Part shown: piece by piece, positions 47,354 through 57,029 of the stretch
How positions within the stretch are numbered: the first letter of the stretch is position 1
How the letters are laid out: each line of letters begins with the position of its first letter
NCBI GenBank assembly: GCA_947259195.1
Contig: CAMYLC010000183.1
Location: forward strand, 7,807 to 71,806
Length of the DNA: 64,000 nt
Source of the DNA: Thermoanaerobaculia bacterium
Lineage (GTDB): Bacteria > Acidobacteriota > Thermoanaerobaculia > Multivoradales > JAHEKO01
Direction of reading: 5' to 3'
The notes under the pieces: generated by a model
Told to the model about the DNA's origin: nothing
The model's input: only the letters and a program-made list of their open reading frames with translations
Database searches by the model: none
Made by a program: the position numbers and the translations under genes

Positions 47354-48814
47354 TCAGCTAGCGGTGGCAAGATCCTCCAGGGTGGCGGCCAGCAACTTGT
47401 AGAACCTGTCGACCGATGCGATCTTCACCCGCTCGTCGGGCGAGTGGGGAAATTCGATCTGGGGGCCGAAGGAGATCATGTCCATGCCCGGAATCATCTC
47501 GCCGATCAAGCCACATTCCAGGCCCGCATGAATGGCCTCGATCTTCGGATCTGTACCCAACTCCCGCTTGTGGACCTTGCGCACTACTTGTAGCAGCTCG
47601 GACTGCAGGTCTGGTTTCCAGCCGGGATAGCCGTCGCCTTCTTCGACTCTGGCACCGGCCAGGGTCGCAGCGGACCGAATCCGTTGGCGAAGTGCGTCGA
47701 GGGCCGAGGCGACTGAGCTACGGCTCGAGAGACCGATCTCTACAGCACCGTTCCGAGTCTTGACGGTGGCGAGATTCGTGCTGGTCTCCACCAGGCCCGG
47801 GATGTCGTAGCTCATGGAGATGACACCGTGGGGTAGCGCCACGACGAGCGCCATGACCTTGCCAGTCGAGTCATGGTCCCAAACCTCGTCGGGAACTTCG
47901 ACCTGCGAGATCGAAAACTCTGCGCCGGGCTCGGCAGGTCGAAACTCCGCCTGGATGTCTTCGAGGTCTGCCGTCAGGGCCGCCTTGAAATTCGCCCGAT
48001 TCTTCTCGTCGAGCACCACCAGTGCCGAGGCCTCACGTGGCACGGCATTGTGCTTGTTTCCGCCGTCGAGGTTCGCGAGGTGAAACGGGATGTCCTGTCC
48101 GACGTCCCACAAGGCCCGCGTCAGTAGCTGAGTCGCGTTCCCGCGCTGCAGATGGATATCGATCCCGGAGTGACCTCCCTTGAGCCCCTTGAGCACGACC
48201 TCGAGAGCCACCGAGCCTGTCGGTGCCGGGATCTTGACGATAGGTAGAGACAGAGCACTGTCGGCTCCGCCGGCGCAGCCGACACAGAGGCTGCCTTCCT
48301 CCTCGGAGTCGAGATTGATCAATTTCCGGCCGCCCAGCATCTCGGGATCCAGGTTCGAGGCTCCGGTGAGCCCTGTTTCCTCGTCGATGGTGAAGAGCAG
48401 CTCCAAGGGGCCGTGGGTGAGATCGTCAGCTTCCATGACCGCCAGCATGGCCGACACGCCGACACCGTTGTCCGAGCCCAGCGTGGTGCCCGAGGCGGTC
48501 AGATACTCACCGTCTTCTCTGGGTTGGATGGGATCCTTGTCGAAGTCGTGATCGACGTCGGAGTTCTTCTCGTTGACCATGTCCAGATGGCTCTGCAGGA
48601 TGGTGACGGGCCGATCCTCGTAGCCAGCCGTTCCCGGTTTGTTGACCACGACGTTGCCGGTGCCGTCCACCTGGAACGGCAGTCCCAACTCCTCGGCCTG
48701 GGCGACGACGTAGGCCCGAATGCGGTCCTCCTCCTTGGAGCCGCGCGGGATGGTCAGAATCTGATCGAAATGCCGCCACAGGGTCCTGGGTTCCAGCTCT
48801 GATACGAAAGTCAT
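47354..48814 (-). CDS. pepD: Xaa-His dipeptidase (M20 family, PepD-like).
   Basis: M20 metal-ligand regions HLDMV, DNGVGV and EETG. ATG 48814 with AGGAGGAGG SD. Confidence 0.85.
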   Translation of the reverse strand: MTFVSELEPRTLWRHFDQILTIPRGSKEEDRIRAYVVAQAEELGLPFQVDGTGNVVVNKPGTAGYEDRPVTILQSHLDMVNEKNSDVDHDFDKDPIQPREDGEYLTASGTTLGSDNGVGVSAMLAVMEADDLTHGPLELLFTIDEETGLTGASNLDPEMLGGRKLINLDSEEEGSLCVGCAGGADSALSLPIVKIPAPTGSVALEVVLKGLKGGHSGIDIHLQRGNATQLLTRALWDVGQDIPFHLANLDGGNKHNAVPREASALVVLDEKNRANFKAALTADLEDIQAEFRPAEPGAEFSISQVEVPDEVWDHDSTGKVMALVVALPHGVISMSYDIPGLVETSTNLATVKTRNGAVEIGLSSRSSVASALDALRQRIRSAATLAGARVEEGDGYPGWKPDLQSELLQVVRKVHKRELGTDPKIEAIHAGLECGLIGEMIPGMDMISFGPQIEFPHSPDERVKIASVDRFYKLLAATLEDLATAS

Positions 48815-48927
48815 TCGTTCCTCCTCCTGTTCAGCGGCATTGTATCGCCTGCAGACGGGTGGCTGGGCGGCTGCAGAGTTCTTTTTCCGATACAATCCTC
48901 AGGATTTTCGACTTGTTGGAGGGCTCA

Positions 48928-50898
48928 ATGGCCAAGAATACGGATAAGCCGTTCGTTCCTGCTTCCACCCAGATGGCGGAGCTGACGGTCAAGGCAGTGG
49001 TGCTGGGTGTGGCGATGGCAATCGGCCTCGGAGCGGCCAACGCCTATTTGGGGATGAAGGCAGGACTCACAGTCGCAGCCACTTTTCCGGCCGCGGTAGT
49101 AGCGATGGCGGCTCTGCGCCTCCTCGGCGGGACAGTGCTCGAGGAGAACGTGGCGCGAACGACCGCCTCGGTCGGGGAGGCGCTGGTGGCAGGTGCCATC
49201 TTCACCATCCCGGCTTTCGTCATCAGTGGAGCTTGGGAGACTCTGCACTACTGGGAATCCACGGCGATTATGGTCATCGGCGGTGTCCTCGGTGTTCTTT
49301 TCGTGATTGTGCTCCGCCGGACACTCGTCGTCGAAGCCGACCTTCCGTTCCCAGAGAGCGTCGCGGCGGCCGAGATCGTCAAAGCCGGACAGGGCGGCCA
49401 GACAGGTGCGGCCTATGTCTTTGGTGCCATGGGTCTGGCGGCGCTCTGGGAGCTCCTCAAGAACTCCAACGGCATCCATCTGGTGCAATCGAGCGTCCAG
49501 AAGTTCTTCGCTTTCGGCAAGTCCAACATCGAGATCCTGGGGAACAAGATCCAATATGGGGGGGGGATGTTGCTAGAGACCCCCTCCGCCTCACCGGCCC
49601 TGGTTGGCGTGGGCTTCATCGTCGGCATGAGGGTCTCGGCCGTGCTGTTCGCTGGTGCTGTGATGGGGTGGTGGCTGTTCGTTCCTCTGGCGTTGTTCCT
49701 CAATCCTTCCCTGGCCGAGGGGCTCGATGATGGCTCCATGCTGGCGCTGGCGACCGATATCTGGGCGAGGCAGGTTCGTCCTCTAGCGGTGGGAACGATG
49801 ATCGTCGCGGCGTTCTACACCCTTTGGAACCTGCGGGGCTCGCTGATCGCCGGTATCGGCAAAGCACTGAAGGATCTCAATGTCAAAGGCGGTGGCGAGG
49901 AGACTCTTCGGACGGAGAAGGACCTGGACTTCAAGAAGGTCTTCATGGCGATCGGTGTCATGGCCGTGGCGACGTTTTTCCTCTATTACTTCTTCGCGAA
50001 TAGCGTACCCGGTGCCCTGGTTCTGACAGTTGTCATGGTTGTCCTCGGCTTTCTGTTCGCGGCTGTGGCGGGTTACCTGGTGGCCCTGATCGGAAGCTCC
50101 AACAACCCGATCTCGGGCCTCACCCTGAGCGCTCTGTTGATCTCGGCTGTACTCATGGTGTTGATGGGCCTGACCGGTATCAAGGGTGTCGCTGCAGTAC
50201 TGGGCGTGGCGGGCGTGGTTTGCTGCGCGGCCGGAGTTGCCGGCGACATGATGCAGGATCTGAAAGTCGGGCACATTCTCGGCGGCACGCCCTGGCGGAT
50301 GGAGATCGGCGAGATCATCGGCGTCATCTTTGCCGCCGCCGTCCTGGTGTTCCCTCTGATGGCTCTCGACAAGGTCTACGAGATCGGTTCGGCCGAACTA
50401 CCCGCACCCCAGGCCGGGCTCATGGCTCTCATGGCCAATGGCATCGTCGGTGGTGAGATGGCCTGGCCGTTGGTCATCGTCGGCATGTTTCTCGCCGTGG
50501 GATTGATCTTGATCGGCTCGCCTTCACCCATGCTGGTCGCCGTGGGCATGTACTTGCCCTTCTATTCCACCGCCGCGATCTTCGTTGGCGGCCTTCTCAA
50601 GTCGGGCTTCGAGTGGTGGGCTGCGAGAAACGACGCCACCGAGGAGGAAAAAACCAAGGCGGAAAACACCGGGATCCTACTGTCGTCGGGGTTCATCGCA
50701 GGCGAGGCCCTGATGGCTGTGGGGCTGGCATTTCTGGTGCTTGGAGGCGATTTCTTCCCGCCGCTGATCGCTGTGCACGAGAAGATTGCCGGCGGCCTGA
50801 CGGGAATGGGATTCCCTGTGTTCTGGCTCAGTCTCATCATGTATCCGGCTCTCGCCTATCTGCTGGTCTATCTGCCGGTGAAGAAGTTGCGCGAATGA
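48928..50898 (+). CDS. OPT-family oligopeptide transporter.
   Basis: About 16 TM helices, OPT family. ATG 48928 with GGAGGG SD. Confidence 0.85.
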   Translation: MAKNTDKPFVPASTQMAELTVKAVVLGVAMAIGLGAANAYLGMKAGLTVAATFPAAVVAMAALRLLGGTVLEENVARTTASVGEALVAGAIFTIPAFVISGAWETLHYWESTAIMVIGGVLGVLFVIVLRRTLVVEADLPFPESVAAAEIVKAGQGGQTGAAYVFGAMGLAALWELLKNSNGIHLVQSSVQKFFAFGKSNIEILGNKIQYGGGMLLETPSASPALVGVGFIVGMRVSAVLFAGAVMGWWLFVPLALFLNPSLAEGLDDGSMLALATDIWARQVRPLAVGTMIVAAFYTLWNLRGSLIAGIGKALKDLNVKGGGEETLRTEKDLDFKKVFMAIGVMAVATFFLYYFFANSVPGALVLTVVMVVLGFLFAAVAGYLVALIGSSNNPISGLTLSALLISAVLMVLMGLTGIKGVAAVLGVAGVVCCAAGVAGDMMQDLKVGHILGGTPWRMEIGEIIGVIFAAAVLVFPLMALDKVYEIGSAELPAPQAGLMALMANGIVGGEMAWPLVIVGMFLAVGLILIGSPSPMLVAVGMYLPFYSTAAIFVGGLLKSGFEWWAARNDATEEEKTKAENTGILLSSGFIAGEALMAVGLAFLVLGGDFFPPLIAVHEKIAGGLTGMGFPVFWLSLIMYPALAYLLVYLPVKKLRE

Positions 50899-50926
50899 GG
50901 CGAGCTGGCTCTGGTTCCGACGAGCC

Positions 50927-51334
50927 ATGAAGCTGCCCATTCGCAGGTCGAGCCAGGAAGAGGCTCTCGCCAGTGAGAATCTCTTGGAGCTGATTCCACA
51001 ACGGGTGGCAGCCTGGCAGGAGGTAGAGGATCGGGTGGTCGTGGAGCGACCGCGGCCGAGCGCAAGAGGGTTACGCGGTCTCGGCGAGCGGCTGAGCTAC
51101 AACCTGTCCATGCGCAAGATTCGTCTCGATGAGCGAGGCAGCTTTCTCTGGCGCCTGGTTGACGGCGAGCACAGCGTTGCAGAGGTCGCCGAGGCCATGC
51201 GCCAGCGGTTTGGTGAGGAGGTCGAGCCGGCCGAGGAGCGCGCAGGTCAGCTGATCCGTATGCTGCGACGGGAGCGTCTCCTGGCCTACTCCGGCTGGGA
51301 TCCTGTGCCGCCGGGCTCGACGCCTCGCGTATGA
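50927..51334 (+). CDS. PqqD-family (RiPP recognition element-like) small protein.
   Basis: ...PQRVAAWQEVEDRVVV...GSFLWRLVDGEHSVAEVAEAMRQRFGEEVEPAEERAGQLIRMLRRERLL matches the PqqD fold consensus. Confidence 0.65.
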   Translation: MKLPIRRSSQEEALASENLLELIPQRVAAWQEVEDRVVVERPRPSARGLRGLGERLSYNLSMRKIRLDERGSFLWRLVDGEHSVAEVAEAMRQRFGEEVEPAEERAGQLIRMLRRERLLAYSGWDPVPPGSTPRV

Positions 51335-52560
51335 CAGGGAATCGAGTGTTAGGATCGAACTCTCGACGTGTGCACTTCCAAATACAAGTTGGGCAGATTC
51401 TGGACCCCAGGAGTGGCAACGTGAGTCCGTGGTGGCTACGTCCGCCGGCCGACGAGCCGGTAGGCGATGAAGGACCGAGAGGTCCAGAGAAGAATCAAGA
51501 GCCGAGGAAGGAAGTTCCTGCGGAAAGCGTAACGGCAAGTTCTGGGGAGAAGGGGGTACAGCCTGCCGAGCCAGCTGAACGGAGCGGTCAGAGGACTTCC
51601 CGCCGTCGTTCCCAGAGGGGAGGCCAGGCGCGGCGGGGCAGTCGCGAAGGTGGTGAGCGGAAGTCGGCACCGGCTACTTCCCGCCCTGGAAGACGAGGCC
51701 GGAGAACCTCGCCAGCCAGCAAGGGCAGTGGGGCCGACACGAGCTCCGCGGTGAGCGGTGGATCCAGAGAAGAGTCCGGAGTAGCCGCAAGGTCGCAGGA
51801 TCGACCGCCTCTCGGGGACCGCAGGCTGGCTGTGATCTGTGATCTGGAGAGCGCCCTCCTGGGAGTGAGAGAGAGCGACGCAGGGCCCTCCGAAATCGAT
51901 CTCGTTCTGGAGCGGCTACTCGACAAAGGCAAGATCATCGTCAAGAAGGCCTACGCGGACTGGGACCGCCACAGAGCTGGGAAACGGGGATTGCACCAGG
52001 CGGGAATGGAGCTCATTGACATCCCGCAAATGCAGGTCTCGGGCAAGAGCAGGGTGGACATACGGATCGCCGTGGACGCCATGGAGCTCTGCTATTCGAA
52101 GCAGCACCTGGACACCTTTGTCCTGATTTCTGGTGACGGCGATTTGACACCTCTGGTCTCCAAGCTCAAGTCGAACAACAAGCATGTCATCGGCGTCGGA
52201 TCCGTGAACTCCGCCTCGCAGATCCTCATCGAGAACTGCGACGAGTACCTTTTTTTCGAGGATGTTCGTAGCCAGGCTGCGGCACCACCGAAGCTGGGCG
52301 AAGCCGCGGAAGGTCAGGTCGAGGTCTTCGCTCTCTTGGTCGAGGCGATAGAGGCGTTGATGCGTGAAAACCAGCAGATCCTATGGGGATCGGTGGTCAA
52401 GCAGACCATCCAGCGCAAACATCCCTCGTTCAATGAGAGCCGTCACGGCTACTCTTCGTTCTCGAAAATGCTGGAGGAGGCGGAACTGGCCGGGATCATA
52501 GAGCTCCGCAAAGACCAGAAATCCGGCAGTTATGTGGTTACCGGTTTTGGCCGGAGTTGA
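51331..52560 (+). CDS. NYN (LabA-like PIN RNase) + OST-HTH/LOTUS protein with an approximately 180-aa Arg/Ser/Gly-rich disordered N-terminus.
   Basis: RLAVICDLE...ISGDGDLTPLVSKLKSNNKHVIGVG (NYN). C-terminal OST-HTH. ATGA overlap with the PqqD gene. Confidence 0.75.
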   Translation: MTGNRVLGSNSRRVHFQIQVGQILDPRSGNVSPWWLRPPADEPVGDEGPRGPEKNQEPRKEVPAESVTASSGEKGVQPAEPAERSGQRTSRRRSQRGGQARRGSREGGERKSAPATSRPGRRGRRTSPASKGSGADTSSAVSGGSREESGVAARSQDRPPLGDRRLAVICDLESALLGVRESDAGPSEIDLVLERLLDKGKIIVKKAYADWDRHRAGKRGLHQAGMELIDIPQMQVSGKSRVDIRIAVDAMELCYSKQHLDTFVLISGDGDLTPLVSKLKSNNKHVIGVGSVNSASQILIENCDEYLFFEDVRSQAAAPPKLGEAAEGQVEVFALLVEAIEALMRENQQILWGSVVKQTIQRKHPSFNESRHGYSSFSKMLEEAELAGIIELRKDQKSGSYVVTGFGRS

Positions 52561-52670
52561 AATGAAGAGCTATGGACTATTTCCTTGACAGACAAAGGCC
52601 TTGAAATCAATGATTTGAGGGCTCAAGGCAGCTATGTGATACTTTCGCGCTGCTCCCGGAGAGACGAGTC

Positions 52671-53165
52671 ATGCCGACAGCTTACGTCGAGGTCTATGAG
52701 GAGGAATTCGAACGATTGGAGCAGGCGCTACGACGTCTGCGATATGACTCGAATGCCAAGGCCGTATTCCTGATCGATAAGAATGGCCAACAGATCGCAG
52801 CGGTTGGGGACGTGGAGGAGTTCGACACCACCTCTCTGGCCTCGCTGACCGCAGGAAACGTGGCGGCAACCGATGGGCTCGCCAAGCTGATTGGCGAGCG
52901 GGAGTTCTCGGTGCTGTTCCATGAAGGGCAGCGCGATCATATTCACATCTCAATCGTCGCCCGCCGAGCGATCTTGCTGGTGATCTTCGACGAGCGATCC
53001 TCGCTGGGTCTCGTCCGGTTGCGTGTCAAGAGGGCAAGCACCGAGATGGACGAGATTTTCGAGGACATGAACCGGAAGGAGAATCGGGGCCCCGAAGGGC
53101 AGGTCGAGACGAGCCCATTTTCCGAGATTACCGACGAGGACATCGATTCCCTGTTCGGAGACTGA
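52671..53165 (+). CDS. mglB: Roadblock/LC7 GTPase-activating protein MglB.
   Basis: Close to Myxococcus MglB (KAVFLIDKNGQQIAAVG...SLASLTAGNVAATDGLAKLIGE...). SD GGAGAG. Confidence 0.85.
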   Translation: MPTAYVEVYEEEFERLEQALRRLRYDSNAKAVFLIDKNGQQIAAVGDVEEFDTTSLASLTAGNVAATDGLAKLIGEREFSVLFHEGQRDHIHISIVARRAILLVIFDERSSLGLVRLRVKRASTEMDEIFEDMNRKENRGPEGQVETSPFSEITDEDIDSLFGD

Positions 53166-53297
53166 GCCGGGGGCAGGGCCACGATTTGGGTCCGGCCTCC
53201 AACCTTCCCAGCTCCGACTTGCCGGAGTTGGGACCGAGAGAATCAGGAGGCTCGCGGCAGGAGCTGACCAAGGCGCCTTGACGCGGATCGAAGCGAA

Positions 53298-53882
53298 ATG
53301 ACCTTCATCAACTACGCCGCGAAGGAGATCAACTGCAAGATCGTCTACTATGGTCCGGGTCTCGGCGGCAAGACGACGAATCTGCAGCACATCTACAACA
53401 AGACGGCTCCAGACCGTCGAGGCAAGATGATCTCGCTGGCCACCGAGGCCGATCGCACCCTGTTCTTCGATTTTCTACCCCTGGACCTGGGATCGATTCG
53501 TGGATTCACGACCCGATTCCATCTCTATACGGTCCCCGGTCAGGTTTTCTATGATGCCAGCAGGAAGCTGATTCTCAAGGGTGTTGACGGGGTCGTGTTC
53601 GTGGCCGACAGCCAGACCGATCGGATGGAGGCCAATGTCGAGTCGATTCGCAATCTCGAGCTAAACCTGCAGGAACACGGATTCGAACTGATCAATATCC
53701 CCTATGCCCTGCAGTTCAACAAGCGGGATCTGCCCAGCATCATGCCGGTCGATGAGATGTACCGGATGCTGAACTACAAACGCGAACCCACCTTTGCCGG
53801 TATCGCTCCTCAAGGTGTGGGCGTCTTCGAGACGCTCAAATCGGTCGCCAAACAGATACTGGTCGAGCTGCGGAAGAAGTAA
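53298..53882 (+). CDS. mglA: Ras-like polarity GTPase MglA.
   Basis: Near-identical motifs to M. xanthus MglA ([26 protein letters not shown]...[34 protein letters not shown]...NKRDL). Confidence 0.95.
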   Translation: MTFINYAAKEINCKIVYYGPGLGGKTTNLQHIYNKTAPDRRGKMISLATEADRTLFFDFLPLDLGSIRGFTTRFHLYTVPGQVFYDASRKLILKGVDGVVFVADSQTDRMEANVESIRNLELNLQEHGFELINIPYALQFNKRDLPSIMPVDEMYRMLNYKREPTFAGIAPQGVGVFETLKSVAKQILVELRKK

Positions 53883-53907
53883 GAGCGCACAATAGCTAGG
53901 GAGACAG

Positions 53908-54534
53908 ATGGCGAAGCGGTGGAAAAAACAAGAGATCACCTACCTCAAGCGGTATGCCGAGAAGAAACACGTAGCCGAATTGGCGGAGCGATTTCGGACC
54001 AACAACGACGAAGTCTCCAGGAAACTGACCGAACTGGGGCTCGAGGCCAAGGACAGCGCCACGATCAGGGCACTTCCACCAGATCCGCAACTCGGGATCT
54101 TCGAGAAGGGGCTCAAGGCTCTACATCAGAGCAAATGGCGAGAAGCCAGTAAGTACTTCGAGAAGATCCTGCAAGAGACAGGCGAGAGTGACCTCGCTCA
54201 GAGTTCTCGACGCTATCTGGGAGTCTGTCGCCAGAACCTGTTGAAGGGGGGAGTGAACGTTGAAGACCCCTTCCTGTTGGCAGTCTACGAAAGCAACCGC
54301 GGTAACTACGAAGAGGCGCTGGCACTGTGCAGCCGAGGTGGTCGCCAGAGCAAGGACGAGCGCTTTGCCTACCTGGCAGCTTCTGTTTACAGTTTGACGG
54401 CAGATCTCGACAAGGCCTCGAAGTTCCTGGCCCTGGCAATCGAGCTCAACCCGAAGAACCGCATCCATGCCTACCACGACTCGGACTTCGAAGCCCTCCG
54501 AGACAGCTCAGAGTACGGACATCTCTTCGACTGA
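53908..54534 (+). CDS. TPR-repeat protein with a basic N-terminal helical region.
   Basis: 208 aa, TPR-like helices. SD GGGAGA. Confidence 0.6.
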   Translation: MAKRWKKQEITYLKRYAEKKHVAELAERFRTNNDEVSRKLTELGLEAKDSATIRALPPDPQLGIFEKGLKALHQSKWREASKYFEKILQETGESDLAQSSRRYLGVCRQNLLKGGVNVEDPFLLAVYESNRGNYEEALALCSRGGRQSKDERFAYLAASVYSLTADLDKASKFLALAIELNPKNRIHAYHDSDFEALRDSSEYGHLFD

Positions 54535-55540
54535 GCCAACGGCCTCTCGAGCTCCGAGGAGCGCCCTGGTCACCATAGGTGGTGGCAGCGGTCTGTCGGT
54601 ATTGCTGAGCGGTTTGAAGCACTCGGTCGGCGGTCCCATTGGGGATCTCACCGCTGTAGTGACAGTTAGCGATGACGGTGGCTCCTCCGGACGACTCCGA
54701 CGCGAGTTTGGAATCCTCCCCCCAGGCGACATTCGCAGCTGCATCGTCGCGCTGGCTGATGATGAGGATCTGCTGGCGCGCTTGTTCGACTATCGCTTCG
54801 ACGAGGGCGAGGGACTCTCAGGTCACTCTTTCGGCAACCTCTTCCTGGCGGCTCTAGCGGGCATCACCGGGGAGTTCTATCAGGCCATCCTGACGGCGGA
54901 GGCGGTGCTGTCGGTGCGGGGTCGGATCCTGCCAGCGACCTTGAGCGATCTCAGGCTGCATGCCAGAGGCTTGTCGGGAAGAACCTACGAGGGAGAGTCA
55001 GCAGTGGGGGGCTCGGGCGAGCCACTGCAGGAGGTCTTGCTGGAGCCGGAAGCACCCCCGGGCTTTGGCCCGGCCATCGAAGCTATCCAGCAGGCCGATC
55101 TCGTGATTCTCGGCCCCGGTTCGCTTTACACCTCGGTAATCGCGAATCTTCTGATTCCCGACATCGACACCGCGATTCAGCAGGGCCGGGGCAAGGTCGT
55201 CCTGCCGCTGAATCTCATGACCCAGCCTGGTGAGACCGACGGCATGGATGGGCTCGATCATCTGGATGCCATCGAGCGCTATCTGGGAACCGGCACAGTC
55301 GACACCGTAGTCGTCAACACTGGAGAGTTACCAGCCGAGCGCTTGCCGGCCTACCGCGAGGAAGGTTCCGAGCCGGTGATCGTCGATGAGGCGGCATTTC
55401 GGGAGCGAGGAGTCGAGGTGGTCGATGCCGACCTTTTGGCACCCGGCAGACTGATTCGGCACGACAAGTTCAAGCTCGCTCGCACGATCCTGTCGGTCCT
55501 GGAGAGCGAAGGAAGATCGGGGGGCCCTGCGACCGATTGA
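54467..55540 (+). CDS. yvcK: YvcK/GlmR (CofD-like, UPF0052) gluconeogenesis factor.
   Basis: TIGGGSGLSVLLSGLK...VTVSDDGGSSGRLR. Start uncertain: the only ATG (54467) overlaps the TPR gene by 68 nt. Confidence 0.8.
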   Translation: MPTTTRTSKPSETAQSTDISSTEPTASRAPRSALVTIGGGSGLSVLLSGLKHSVGGPIGDLTAVVTVSDDGGSSGRLRREFGILPPGDIRSCIVALADDEDLLARLFDYRFDEGEGLSGHSFGNLFLAALAGITGEFYQAILTAEAVLSVRGRILPATLSDLRLHARGLSGRTYEGESAVGGSGEPLQEVLLEPEAPPGFGPAIEAIQQADLVILGPGSLYTSVIANLLIPDIDTAIQQGRGKVVLPLNLMTQPGETDGMDGLDHLDAIERYLGTGTVDTVVVNTGELPAERLPAYREEGSEPVIVDEAAFRERGVEVVDADLLAPGRLIRHDKFKLARTILSVLESEGRSGGPATD

Positions 55541-55622
55541 GCGACCGCTGGCTTCGAGGCACTGAGGTAGTAGAACCATGACGACCCCTGGACAGGATGG
55601 TGACCATGAGAAAGGAGTGCAG

Positions 55623-57017
55623 GTGACGAAACCACTACCCCTGTCAGCGGTGGTTCTGGCGGCAGGCAAGGGTACTCGCTTGCGATCGACGTTGCCCAAG
55701 GTACTGCATACCGTTGCGGGCAGGCCGATGTTGGAGTGGGTGCTGAGGGCAGCGAGAGCCGCGGGATGTGAACAGATCTATGTCGTGGTGGGGCACGGTG
55801 CGGATCAGGTGCGCAACGAGATCGAAGCAGACGACGTCACCTGGGTACCACAGGAGGAACAGCTCGGCACGGGCCATGCTTTGCTGCAGGTGGCAAGTCA
55901 TCTGCAGGCGCCAACGACGCTACTGGTGCTCTCCGGCGACGTGCCGTTAGTAGCCCCAGAGACCCTGGTCCGGCTAGCGGCAAGTGCTCGATCGAGCTGG
56001 GGTTCCATGGTCGTGGCTGAGATGCCGGATCCGGGTTCTCTCGGGCGGGTCGTAGCTGCGCCAGACGGCAGTCTCCAGCGAATCGTCGAGGTGGCGGACG
56101 CCACCAGCGAGGAACTGGAGAATCACTGGATCAACGCTGGAATCTACGCTCTTCCTGCGCCTGACATCTTCGAGTTCGTGGAGCAATTGAAACCCGACAA
56201 CGCCAAGCAAGAGTTCTATTTGACGGATGCCCTTACCGCAGCTGCAGACGGGGGTCAGGATTTGGCGTTGGTGTCGCTGCCGGAGGTGGAGGAGGCTTTC
56301 GGAGTCAACGATCGGCTTGACCTCGCTCGGGTCCACGGGGTACTGCTGCGACGCAAGGTAGAAGCGTTGATGAGAGAGGGTGTGTCGATTCTGGATCCGA
56401 GTCGCGTGGTCGTAGAGGTCGACGTGGAGGTGGGAAGAGACTCGGTGATTCATCCTGGGGTCTCCCTGACAGGAAGGTCCAGGTTGGGTGAGGGGTGCAC
56501 CGTGCATCAGGGGGCCTGGCTGAGAGATGCCCAGCTCGGCGACCAGGTCGTGGTCGAGCCTTACTGTGTCTTGGAGGAGGTGGAGGTCGGCAACGCTTGC
56601 CGTATCGGACCTTTCGCTCGCATGCGGCCGGGCGCGGTGATGAAGGAGCGAGCCAAGATCGGCAATTTCGTGGAGATCAAGAACTCGGTGCTCGCCCAAG
56701 GCGTGAAGGTGAATCATTTGGCCTATGTAGGTGACGCGACGGTGGGGGAGAACGCGAACCTGGGCGCCGGTACGATCACTTGCAACTATGACGGAGTGTC
56801 GAAGCACCGCACGGAGATCGGCAAGGGAGCTTTTGTTGGCAGCGACACCATGTTCGTCGCACCCGTTAGTGTGGGTGATGGTGCCATGACGGCCGCTGGC
56901 TCGGTGATCTCCAAAGATGTGCCGCCGGGGGCGCTAGCGATCGAGAGGTGCGAGCAGAAGACCGTGCTTGGCTACGCCAAGCGCAAGCTCGAGCGGCGAA
57001 AGATCAGAAAGCAGTAA
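55623..57017 (+). CDS. glmU: Bifunctional GlcNAc-1-P uridyltransferase / GlcN-1-P acetyltransferase.
   Basis: LAAGKGTRL plus C-terminal hexapeptide repeats. GTG 55623 with AAAGGAG SD preferred over ATG 55578. Confidence 0.9.
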   Translation: MTKPLPLSAVVLAAGKGTRLRSTLPKVLHTVAGRPMLEWVLRAARAAGCEQIYVVVGHGADQVRNEIEADDVTWVPQEEQLGTGHALLQVASHLQAPTTLLVLSGDVPLVAPETLVRLAASARSSWGSMVVAEMPDPGSLGRVVAAPDGSLQRIVEVADATSEELENHWINAGIYALPAPDIFEFVEQLKPDNAKQEFYLTDALTAAADGGQDLALVSLPEVEEAFGVNDRLDLARVHGVLLRRKVEALMREGVSILDPSRVVVEVDVEVGRDSVIHPGVSLTGRSRLGEGCTVHQGAWLRDAQLGDQVVVEPYCVLEEVEVGNACRIGPFARMRPGAVMKERAKIGNFVEIKNSVLAQGVKVNHLAYVGDATVGENANLGAGTITCNYDGVSKHRTEIGKGAFVGSDTMFVAPVSVGDGAMTAAGSVISKDVPPGALAIERCEQKTVLGYAKRKLERRKIRKQ

Positions 57018-57029
57018 ACTCCACTACCT

